From assembly GCA_028534125.1 (NCBI GenBank), contig CM052823.1:39680001-39744000 (forward strand): DNA of 64,000 nt, written 5' to 3'. The translations under genes and the position numbers were made by a program. Position 1 is the stretch's first letter. Each line of letters opens with the position of its first letter. The DNA comes from Lama glama (Eukaryota). Below the pieces are notes generated by a model. That model was given only the letters and a program-made list of their open reading frames with translations, ran no database searches and was not told the origin of the DNA. Of this stretch, positions 23,901-35,900 are shown piece after piece.

Positions 23901-26900
23901 CAGCCCTCCCCAGCCACCAGCCCCTCCCCAGCCACCAGCCCCTCCCCAGCCACCAGCCCCTCCGCCTCCCCAAGTGTTGGGGCTTCCAGTGCGGGTTGGC
24001 TAGTGCTTGTAGGGTTACAGAGCCAGACCCAGGATTGCTTACTGCTCTTGCTTCCACTTCAGGACTCAACTCGCTGGTTAGGAGAGTTTGGGCAGAAGGC
24101 CATGCATTCAAGCCAACGGGGACTGTTCCTTTAAGGAAAACCACTCTTCCCCTGTGGATTAAATGAGTAAATTAGTTCCAGATCCTCTGTCAGAGTCACT
24201 GTTCAGGAGGGTGAGGGTGAAACAGAAAATGTCTTAAGAAGGATACAGCTATTCTTTACTTACTATAATAGGAGAAAAGCTCACTAGCCATACAGAATGA
24301 ATAGCCAAACTATTTTAGAAATGTATTTTTAAAATAGTGTTTTTGGAAACTGAATTCTGAGCACAGGGCCTCATGTGCAGAAGGAGCTGTACTCTTGGTT
24401 TAAAGCTCTGCTGTCACTGTCTTGAAACTCTGAATAATTTGTGAACAGAGTTCCACATTTTCCTTTCACACTGGGCTCTGCAAGTTATGTGGCCATGCTG
24501 TCAGTGAAGTCTATTTTAAATCAGAATTATGTAAATTATGTACTTTCCCCCTCAATTACTGGAAGGCTAGGTACCCTGTCTAAGTTTGCAAATCAATATT
24601 TGTGCTTTTTGTTTTTTTCTTTTAATGCCTCCTGGGGTGGTGAGATCCTGACATTATGTGTAACTCCCTAATCTCCTGGGATGTGCCACAGTGAGGTTTT
24701 GATGTTGGAAAGTACTGAACAAGAAGGCTAGGCATTTGAATTTATAAACTAGAACATTTCAGAGCTCACTTCCGCCTTTGGCTGGGTAGGCCAGCCATTT
24801 GGTACAAAATCTTCTCCTAAAATGGAGAGGGGGACATTCAGGTACTTGTCTCTCATGGCACCTTGAGTGAGGATGCGACCCTGTTGTTCTGAAGGGCAGC
24901 ACACACCAGGGACTGACTCGGGACCTTGGTCAGTGCTGTCAAGTTGACCCCGCAGCCACAACCCTAGTGCTGTGCTTCCGTCCCATCTGGCAAGAGCCCC
25001 AGAAGGGAGGGACGGGGTACATGCAAGGATGTCCCCAGGGTTTGGGGAGTGAGGCCTGTGCTGGTGGACTTAAGTTCATCAGGTTTAGAAATGCTTGGAG
25101 CCACTGTCGGTCCTGTTTTCTTAAGAAGATTCTGTCACTCAGCTAATACCACTGAGGTGAACTGAGCATAAACCCATGGCCCTTGCTATTTTCAGGCCAC
25201 AATGTGGGAATCAATGAGAGAACATTCCATGGCAGGGCCACACATGGTATTTCTTATAACGTGATGGTAGGAGTTTACCAGAAAGCAAAGGTGACCCAGG
25301 GACTCAGCCAAACATCCCCATTCACAGCCGCCTAATAGGGAAAATGGGAAGAGGGCTAACGTGGGCGGGGGGCTAGCACGGGGAGGTGGCCGGGCAGCCT
25401 AAGGACGGGCGCAATCCGTTTATGAGGCAGGTGACAGCAGCAGGCACTTGGGTCTAGACTAGGAGTTACTTTGGGCGAGGCTCTCCCATGTGAGGTTGGG
25501 GGTGGGAGACGTGGGTGAGCTGGAGTGAGATGGGAGGGCACCCAGGAGGAGGTGGTACCACCAGCCTGTGTCTCTGGATGCTGCACTGCTGGTTTCTGGG
25601 GCAGTGAGAGAACTGTGGAGAGTAAGGTAGGACTTGTGTCTGCCTGTCGAGACAGACTCAGGCACAGAAGTCAAGTTATCATGACTTAGATGGAGCCCCG
25701 GCAGGGGCAGGGATGGCTTGATGTAGAGGCCAGAAGGTTTGGGTGAGGCTCACGGAATCTTTTGAACCTAAGATCAGAATGAATTCTGGGGACTGAGACA
25801 AAGCTAAAACCTCAAGTGAGGATGAACACGCTCCGCTAAGAAAGAGGGAACACAGTCACTGAGGAATCACCTTTCACATATATTGCATTGAGTTTTTATA
25901 TTTTTCTTCAGCAATTCTGGCAGACATAAGCATTACTTTTTTACTCTCATTTTGCACCTGAGGAATCAGAAGTAAATGGTAGTGCCCAAAGTTAATGGAT
26001 TCATCCTGTCTGGGCAACTGGGGCTCTCTCCAACACCACCGTCTCTGTGCTGTTGGCTTAGATTAGATGACTTTGTGAAGTTCCTTTGGTGCTAATTGTA
26101 GCAAAATGGTGGAAAGCATGGATGGGCTCTGGAGCCAGACTGCCCAGCTTTTTAACCTATCCACCGCTTCTGACTGTGTGACCTTGGGCAGGTTACTTGG
26201 CCTCTCTGTCTGTGGTAAAATTAAGATGATGATGATACCTTCTTCACAGTATAGTCACGAGAATTTAAAGGGATGATATACGTAAAGGGTTTAGAACAGT
26301 GCCAGGCATGTAAGTGCTTAGTAAGCATTACCATTACACTCTGTCTAGAAATAGAGCTCTTTAGGGAAGATTTCAGATGTTAATAGTCATCACTACCTAG
26401 TGGATGGCAAGGTTAATCCTGAAGAGCAAATACTGCAAGTCATTCCTGTTTGGTTTTGTAAATCTTTTTTAAAAAGCAAGATTTTCTCATTAATTGAATT
26501 TTGACCCATAAAATAGCTCACTTAGTGAGAGACTGCCCAATTTAGAGGCAGGAATTTGGGTATGAGTCTTTGCTGTACCACTTCCTGGCTTTGTGAGCTT
26601 GGGCAGTTTTTCCAAGGTCTCTCAGTATTTTCCTCTATCTGTGAAAATTACCAATAAAAAGGATGACAGCCTGCCTCACAGAATCATCCTGAGAATCACA
26701 CAAGGTGATAGAACGAACGCACTTTAAAGTGAAAGGATGCCACGTGTTGGATATTTTTGTTTCCTGGACCCAAGCCCACTGTAAGCAAGAAAAGGTTAGC
26801 TGTCCATATAGAGTAGTCAAGGGGAAGTCATTCTGGAATTTAAAACTGTGACGCAGATAATCCACCCTCGTGTTGGATATTAATAATTTAGTACGGTTGC

Positions 26901-29900
26901 CAGGTGGGCCCCCAACACAGACAAGTACACAGTCTGTTCCAAGGACTCGCCAGTCTTCTTCCTTCTGTCCCGTCCTCTTCACAACAGCCAGACTGCTTTT
27001 TTTTTTTTAAGTATAGTTGATTTACAGCGTTGTGTTGGTTTCTGGTGTACAGAATAGTGATTCAGTTACACATTTTCTTTTTCATATTTATCGTTATAGG
27101 TTATTACGAGCTATTGAATGTAGTTCCCTGTGCTGTACAGTAGGACCTTGTTTATACACAGTAGTTAGTGCTTTTTAAAAAATTTCCTCTCTGCCCACAC
27201 AGGGGACTCAGAACCCGCCCCAGTGAATCCTTGCTATGACGGGAGCCACACATGTGCCACCACAGCTCGGTGCCATCCGGCGACAGGTGTAGACTACACC
27301 TGTGAGTGTGCACCTGGGTACCAGGGAGATGGACGGAGTTGCATGGGTAAGAGCCACATGCCCCGTGTTCCTTCATGGAGTTGTCCAGCGTTACATGGAG
27401 GGAAGACAAGTGTCTGTCGTCTTTGTGATCTCCATAGATCAATGAGTTCAGCAGCTGTTCATCTAAATTGTTATTTAAAAACCAAGCATATCCTGCTTTA
27501 AGAGGGTAGTTTGGAGGCGGGTATTTGGGGCTGAGACTCTGAAAACATCTATTGTAATCCCTGGATATTTGGCATTCTGAAATGTGGCCGTTTTAAGCCT
27601 GTATCAAGCGCAGTTTACATTTTAAAAAGTACACTATTTATCCTTAGATTTCAGACATTTCTTTCACCTCTTACATCCCAAAAAGCAGTAGTAGAAATTT
27701 CTTTACCATTTTAAAAGGAAAATGGTTACCGTGTGTTTTTCTTCTAAGTGTTCAGAATATTTTTAATGTTTAAAGAATTCTCAGAATATTTGTTTAAAAC
27801 ATATCTCCTGGGGCTCGTACTTGAATGGCTTGGAATAAATGTTTATTTTTATGACGACATAAATCCACATCTGGTGCTTAGGCTGCATCTCCATGCCTGT
27901 TTAGTCCCACTGAAACCTCGTAGGGGTGAGAAGTCATGGAGTTTGCAGACCCTCCACTTGTGGGACTCGATTTAAGCAGCACTTTGTTCTTGTTCCCCTT
28001 TAGATGTGAATGAATGTGCAGCCGGCTTCCATCGCTGCGGCCCCAACTCCGTGTGTGTCAACTTGCTCGGGAGCTACAGGTGCGAGTGCCGGAGCGGTTA
28101 CGAGTTCGCAGACGACCGGCACACCTGCGTCTGTGAGTCCAACGCCAGGCCTCTTTTTGGCCAAAGCCTTGCTGAACCTTATTCTTGGACTCACTGCTGT
28201 TTCCACTGCTGTACAGGAGCTCTGCTGCAGGGTTTTCTAGAAAATAGACACTTTACATGGAAGTAGCCCAAAGCTCTGGCTCAGTTCAGCCCTGTTTGTT
28301 GGGGTTTTGTTTTTGCTTTGGGTTTTGTTGTTGTGTTACTGTGTTATTGTTCTTCTCTAAATACACATTTATGGTGTAAGTTATGGAAGGATGTTCAACT
28401 CAGTTGGGATTGTTGTGTATCTTAGTGTTTAGCCCAGTCGTGTAACAAGACTATGAACCTCTAATAATAACAGCTCTAGATAAAGGTCAAGTATTTCTCA
28501 AATTAGATCGAAGTGGATTTGTAATTCAAAGATGCTTGTCCTACTCGACTGATAAAAGAGCTCCATCTAAGCTCCCTTTTCTAGAGTTCCAAAAAAAATA
28601 CTTTTGATCTATAAGTGGATCCAAAGAACTAGAATTCCAAATTCATCCCATTGTTAGAGCTGGTTGGTATTAGAGAAAACACACTTTTCAATTCAGTGAG
28701 ATGAAAAAGTCACAGCGATCACAGAGGCTGTGTGTACATACGTATGTACATGCAGGCGTGCAGAGCTGCAGTGCTCTGAGGAGTTAAAGCTTTAACCAAG
28801 GAATGTCTTGATAACTGGTCTTCATGCCTAGTGTGGTAACCACAAAGCAAGACTAGCACTTCTTGAATTGTAATGTGCACACAGACTACCTAGGGAATTT
28901 GTTAAAATGCTGATTCTGATTCATTGGCTCTGGGCCAGGGCCTGAGAACCTGCATTCCTTATAAGCCCCCAGCAGTCCCAATGCTGTTGATGTGCAAATC
29001 TATCACACTGTGAAGAGCGAGGCTCACCCATTCTCGGGCCTGAACTCTGGGACAACCTTGCCTTCCTCCCTTTTCAGTGATCGCCCCACCTCCCAACCCC
29101 TGTGAGGATGGCAGTCATAACTGTGCTCCTGCCGGCAGGGCCCGGTGCATTCACCACGGAGGCGGCTCGTTCAGCTGTGCCTGCCTGCCCGGGTACACCG
29201 GCGACGGGCACCAGTGCACCGGTGAGTACCTGCGGTCGGCTTCTGCCACTCTGAAAGTTGCCTCTGATGCACATCCCCACGTAGCTGGGACCACTCTGAA
29301 ACCTCTCCCTTCATTTTACTCGCACCGCCTTGGAACTGCCAAAAGAGAAAGACAAGGTGTCCTTTGGGTCAGAAAGAGAGGCCAAGGGTGACTTGCCTTG
29401 GGGGAGATCGTTGAGCATATATGGTTGTCCTTGGCAGAGACGTGCCTGGAGCCCTGGGAGCCCCTGTCGGCTTGTAACTTTCTGTTCTTGGAGCTAAAGT
29501 CATATATTCTCCTGGGAGGAAGTCTCCATCCTTCAGTCTCTTTGCTAATGGCTTACTTCAGCCCTTGGAGGTCATGCCTAATTTCTAGTTGCTGTTTCCT
29601 TGCTTGAAGTGGTGTTTTGAGCCATCTCTAAACACATACAGCTCTTCCTCTGTAACTTACTCCCTCTCTCTCCCTGGACAGGATACCTAATGCATACCTA
29701 AGGACTCAAAACTTTTCTCTCAGAAATCTAACTACCATCAAGACTTTATACATTGTTTTATAAAATCACTAAACCAGAACGTGGGACTAACACTGTCAAA
29801 GTCGAACTTAGAAATGTGTGAGGTTGTCACTGCAACACTAGGCTTAACACTGAGTATAAATGTTCCTGAAAGTGAATTAGTAGTACTTTAATGTAGAGAT

Positions 29901-32900
29901 TATTCAGTAAATCTACATAATCCACTAACGGCTTTCAAAACATACCCAGTGACACGTGATTGAGCTGAAATTCAGTTTCACGTTGTCTGTCAGTAATACA
30001 CACAGATTATGGTAAAATGAGACGCTGGGGATGAGAGGAGGGGTGGGGTAAGGGTTTGGCATGGAAAAGGGTCAGTTTTAGGAATGTAAACCTAAAACAC
30101 AGGCGTTCCCCCACTCCTCAAATCGCTGCTTGTATCTGCCCCCCACCCCCGGACCCCGGGACCCGCTGAGCTGATTTGCTGAGAACAGCCTGTGACTCCC
30201 AAGAGCAAAGAGCACGGCCCCGCCCTCCTCGCCAGATGTGTGGTGCTCGCCCTCCTCCCCTTTCGCTCTGGGTTCAGCAGGACAGGCCGAGTGGGCCAGC
30301 AGCCTGAAACCTCACGTTATGACAGAACATACGTGTCAGGACAGTGGAGCCGCCACTCCTTTCCAGCCATGGGGCTGTTCGGGGTCGTCTCAACCTGGCT
30401 CTTTAATGAATGTTTCCACTTCCACTGCACAGAAGCTCTGCTGCATGGTTTTCTTGACAACACAATTTATATTTGAAATGACCCAAAGCTGTGGCTCCAT
30501 TCAGCCCTGGGTTTTTTTTTTCCTCCCTAAAAACACCCCCAGCTTTAAACAGAGCTCAAGTGCTTCTCACATTAGAATGAGGTACATTTGTAATTCGCAC
30601 AGACTTGTCCCACTTGATGGGTGAGAGAGGCGGTCTGTAACAGATGCTCCTTACAGACGGAGCCACCCTGCAGGTCTGGGGTCAGGGTGAGGCGCACAGC
30701 CCCGCGGAGGGAACACTGTTTGTTCCGCCCTCATTGGAGTGGAACTCATCATTCGGTCCAATTAGACACATGCACAACGGGCTCTCAGACAGGAGAATGC
30801 ACAGAGGAGAAAATCTTGTCAGTAGAATCTCATATTGAAACATCTCAGGTCAGCAGAGATGGTGCTTTTAAAGCAATTCATTCCTTAGGTCTGTGGTTTA
30901 AAACAAAGAAGCTGAAGGTAATTGCAGCTTAGATGTGATGAGTATTCAAATCAGCGGGTTGATGGAGGTAAGATGCTGCTTGTCCTGGCCCCTTGTGGAC
31001 TCATTCTCTCTCCCTTCCTTCAACTTCTGCTTGTCCTGTAGGACTTGGGGTACTTTCTGGGGTCTGTTAGGACCCTGAAATGAGCTACTTTTCCATGCCG
31101 AGAATTGTGTAGGATTGTCATTCCACTTACTGATTTCTGCCATTTGCAGTTGTCCCTGTTTTATATCTGGTTCCCTACTTTTGGGATTCTCTCTGGAATC
31201 CACAACCTTAAAAAGAGGCCAAAACCCATCTGTTGCTTCCCCGGTGTATTAGTAATCTGTTGCTGTATAACCCATTACCCCCAAAATGTAGCAGCTTTGA
31301 ATAATACACATTATTATTATCTACATGGCTTAGCTCATTCCTCTGCTTTAGGATTTTCCCGAGGCTGCAGTCAGGGTGTTTGCTCATCCTGGAGCCTCAT
31401 CTGAAGGCCAGCTTGGGAAAGGGCCTCACATGGTTATTGGCAGAATTCAGTTCCCCAAGGACTGTTGGACCGAGAGCGTCGGGTCCTTGCTGGCTGTTGC
31501 CACATGGATCTCTCCTACAAGGTAACTGACTTCGCCAACGCCAGTGACAGGTCTACTGGCAGGATGGAAGTTATCACAGAAATGATACCCCTTCAGTGCG
31601 GCTTTAGTGTCTTGGTTAGAAGCAGGTTATTCCGTGGAAGGGGATTACATAAGACCCTGAATACGAGGAGGAAGGGATCTTTGGGGTCATCTTGGAGGAT
31701 GCCTCCCATAGTCAGTTACCATGTGGTTGCCTTCCACGTTTTCAGACTGGGGCAGTAGAGGAGTAGTCATTTTCCTAAAGACGTATGCCTCGTATAAATC
31801 AGTCTGGGCTAATCATGAAGGTGACTTGCAGGATAAGGACGTAAATGCATGTGTGCGCATTTCGAAAGGCATGCCACAGTGTGCATGTGTCCCAGCGACC
31901 GTGAGATGAGAGAGAGAAAGACAAGGGCTCTATTTTGTGGAAAGTGTGCACACTCACAGCACACGTATTTGTTCCCACTCTGTCAAACTAACAATAAAAG
32001 GATGTGTGGACTTTTCTCCAGCCAGTTTGTTAAAAACCGGGTTCCCTGGAGAGGCTGCCCTTGGCTCTGGGTTCTCAGTCTAGTCTGAGCCACTAGCAGG
32101 AATGACGTTTATCCAAGTAGAGTGAAATCTTTTCCAGCGTCCCTCAATCAGGGTGGATTCCAACCCTGTACTGGTGTGAGCTGGGCGTCTCTCAGATGTG
32201 TGTGTCGCTGCAGATCTCGGTGACTCTGCCGGTGGGGGAAGCAGATTGTTTTGAGCTGGGACCTTTCCAGGGAGGAGCACATGGGAGTTAAGGAACTGGG
32301 TCACGGAGGGCCCTTTCCCCAGGGAAGGGCCATGAGGAGAGCTACCTACACTATCCTCTTTCATGGTTTCTGTGTGAAGAATAATGTAGATGCTGGATAG
32401 GGAACAGTAAAATTGGTTCTGCCACAAGAGGGGCAGAGAACCAGGCTTGAGGGGAAGAAGCTTATTATCCTCACAGACCCCGGAGAGCAGGCCGCTGTGG
32501 GGCCGCGCGGGCACAGCCAGCAGCTGGGTTCTCGACCGACAGGTGAGGGGTGAGACCCTGCAGGTGCAAGCCTCTGCTGGGTTAGGGCGGCAGAGTGAGG
32601 AGCCTGAAGAGAGGGAGCTAGAGTCCAGGGGTTGGATTTGTTTTGAAGGGATTTCAGCTGGTTTTGGGTGAGGCCTCCAAATGAAGGCAGTGAGAAGAAT
32701 GTTGACGCACCAAAATAGAGGGGTTTTAACACATTTCCCGCACAGGCTTTTAGCAGCTTATTAGAGAACAGGATGGAGAATGACACTGAGATGAAGCCAC
32801 CTTGCAGCAGGTGACTGATAAAGGGGCTCTGCTGCCTTGACCTCGGTGTTCTGTCGGCCCCGGAAGCCCCAACAGTGATGGCTGAGCACCCGCTGCCCAC

Positions 32901-35900
32901 GGCAGCCTCCCGCCTCCAGTGCTCCAACAGGAAGCTCCTCCCTTGCCAAGGGGTTAAGTCTTTCTGCCCTTGCTCCTGACACCCGACACCCTGTGAAACT
33001 GGGAAGAGTTCTCCTTTACACAGCAGCTCTGCTTCCCACAAACTCTCCTGGGAGGGGAGATGGGGAGATCGTAGTGCACCCTGCCCTCTGGCCGTGGAGT
33101 GGCTGACAGGACCGCAGTTTTCTGCCATGGGGCCAGGTCCCCCAAGGAGGTGCTGGGGACTGCACTTCAGGGAGCCTTAAATTTCGTCAGCTTGGGGGAC
33201 AGGAGGCTCACCTGGGATGCTTCCAGTCTCTTCAAAGACTTTCTCCCTGTTGGTCACTCGTAAGGTACTGTCTCCTCGTGACTTTGGTATCTGGGGAGAG
33301 GATGGCTGCCCTCTTGGATCTGTGCAGGGTTCCTAGGCCACAGGCTTTAAGAGCATGAGTTGGTACCTCTGGAGAATCCTCTTCTTCGTTCAAAAATAAT
33401 CACAAGCATTTGCAACAACATGGATGGACCTAGAGATTATCATACTAAGTGAGGCAAGTCAGACAGAGAAGGGCAAATATATGCTATCACCTGTGTTTTA
33501 GTTTTCAAATTGCAATGTATTAATACAAATAGTTTTAAGAAAAACATGTCAATGCTATTGCATTATAAGACCAAATGGATTTCAAAGTTCAGCTGCTATG
33601 TGTTTTCTGCTCAGATAAGAGCAGCTCTCCTTATATCAGAAGAAAATGTCCTTTAATAAAAGTAGACACTTTACTCCACATGGTCAAATCATTCTACAGG
33701 TTTTCTCGGTTTTCACGTACGGTATCACTTATGTGGATTCTTTAAAAATGACACAAATGAACTTATTAACAAAACAGAAACAGACTCTCAGACCTAGAAA
33801 ACTTATGGTTACCAAAGGGGAAAGGGTGGAGAGAGAGAAATTAGGAGTTTGGGGTTGGCAGATACAAACTACTATATATAAAACAGATAAACAACAAGGT
33901 CCTACTATATAGCACAGGGAACTATATTCAATAGTTTGTAATGGCCTATAATGAAAAAGAATATGAAAAGGAATATATATATGTATAACTGAATCACTAT
34001 GCTGTGCACCAGAAACTAACACAACACTGTAAACCCACTATACTTCAATTTAAAAATAATCCCAAGCAGATGATCCATTGGTTCTAGAAATAGGCCCTGT
34101 GTCTCAGGAATTCCTGCTTCCTGCCATTGCCTGGGGTTCCTGTCACCATGAGAAGTACTTTTAGCATATGCATTATGAATAGCTTTAACTTCCTGCATTT
34201 GGCTGCATGTTAATTTTTACAGCTTTGCTTTTACAACCTCTTCCAGGCACAGAGAACTGGATGGGCACAGCCTCACTCAACTGGGCATTTGAGTTGTTGT
34301 TCTAAAGAGACAGAGGGCCATCTTCCCAGATAATTAAATATGACAGTGTAGAACCCACATTGATTAGATGGGAGATAAAGTCTTTGTTGTTGCAACTGTT
34401 TTGATTTGGTTTGTTTTGGGTTCACTGAGGAGATAACCAGCGAACCTTGTTTGCTTCTAACCTTGCAGGTGAATTTATAACTGTCGTCCTGCCTTTTGTT
34501 GGTGAAAGGAAGGTGACCAGGCAGGCCAACTGCTGATCTGGGCAGAGCCTCTCTGGGTGGCCTTGAACTTGGCTGTGTCAAGCATTCAGGGTTTTGGGGG
34601 GCAAATTTGAGAGAATTTGAGAGAATTAATTTGTTGACTAAACTCCCCGAGACGGAGGACAAGCAGTGTATGTGGTTAAATTGCTAATCACGGTGTAAGA
34701 GATGCCTCTCCCACGAGGAGAACGTCTGTGTTGCGTGTCCAGCTTGTCCACTTACTCGTACCCAGGAAGGGCCCTTAGCCATTGGAAGGTGGCTTAGTGA
34801 GGGTCTGGTCGCAGCAAGGGTGGCACTGATAGCCATGAAAGAGATTTCATCAGGTCCTGGGAGGCTGGGTGAGGAGCCACTTCTGTCCCCAGCTGATGGA
34901 CGTCAAATTCAGCTGTTAAGTCTCTGGCTTCCACGTCCGACGTGTCTGTGTCGCGAGCTGTACTGAACTGACACAGCTCCCTCCTGGCGCTCCTGTCCTC
35001 CAGATTTCAAGCTGGTCACCCGGCCCGCGTTTCTCCCTATTCGCACATTGTAACACTTTTTGGATGTTATCTTGGCTGTGAGGACTTTGTTTTATTTTCA
35101 GTTGAGCCTTTATCAGATCTATACCCTTTATCCTCTGTTTTACTGGGGAAGACTTCCTGTCTCTGAAGGTGGCTTATCTCAACTGCTGGGCTTTGGTTCC
35201 AACAGATAGATGGTCAAGACTTTTTGTGTGTGTGTGTGTGTGTGTGTGCAGGGAAGGAGGTCTTGCTATTGTCAGCGTGTGCTGATTTCAGTAAATAAAG
35301 GAATGTGAGTTGGCTCTGGTTTGAAGTTTCGGAATGTTGTAGCTTTGAGAACTCTGAAAATGAATCCTCGTGGTACTGTGTGGAGAGTGCAGGGACCTGA
35401 ATTGTTTGTACCGATAAACCAGACAAATTTAGACTTTCTTTCTTACGGTTGTTTCAAAACCCCTGAGAATATTTTTTGTGTACTTTTTTATTCTACAAGT
35501 GAAAAATAAACTTTCTGACTAGTTGGGCATTCTAGAGAGTTAGGACTCTCTGATGGTACAAGACCAAACGTGCTTCTTAGTTGAAAAGGTATTTGGAGTC
35601 TCCATGGGTTTTTTTTGTCTGTAGGGAGATGGTGCCAACAACAAAAGGAAAAAAAAAATTATTGCTACATGTATTTATTTTAGTGTTACTGAAAGGAAAT
35701 GGTTTATAGGCTAAACTTTAGTTTGAAGGTAATAACTTCCTGGAATTCAGTGTATGAAAGATGCTCTAGAAATATAGCCAGGATGTACTTCTCTGTGAGT
35801 GACCATGTGTTTGGTTTCTACACTGAACATGGCCCCTGACTCTGTACTAAGCTTGGCGTTGAGGTGCCAGGATGTTTCCACTCGTGCCTAAGGGTCTTCT

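Larger units (their letters stand above)
27800..30920 (+). repeat. Decayed tandem duplication, period ~2.05-2.2 kb (copy A ~27800-28850, copy B ~29880-30920)
   Basis: 28471-28548 vs 30540-30617: 58/78 identical, ungapped. acaggagctctgctgcagggttttctaga vs acagaagctctgctgcatggttttcttga: 26/29. cccaaagctctggctcagttcagccctg vs cccaaagctgtggctccattcagccctg: 25/28. Outer limits approximate. Confidence 0.85.

Noticed and set aside
23885-23963. Regular repeat array as a possible CRISPR
   Set aside because: No spacers, the units are directly tandem, and the context is mammalian.
23458-24144. 228-aa minus-strand ORF with GRGWWL repeats
   Set aside because: Length and periodicity come from the 18-bp minisatellite; no coding signal.
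30930-31070. Possible relic of exon 12 at the end of duplication copy B (cctgtagga vs cctgtgagga)
   Set aside because: Similarity is too weak to call by eye; needs a sensitive alignment.
32361-33128. 255-aa minus-strand ORF, the longest non-exonic ORF
   Set aside because: No domain motif recognised, GC-rich intronic sequence with long ORFs in other frames too, no promoter or poly(A) context.
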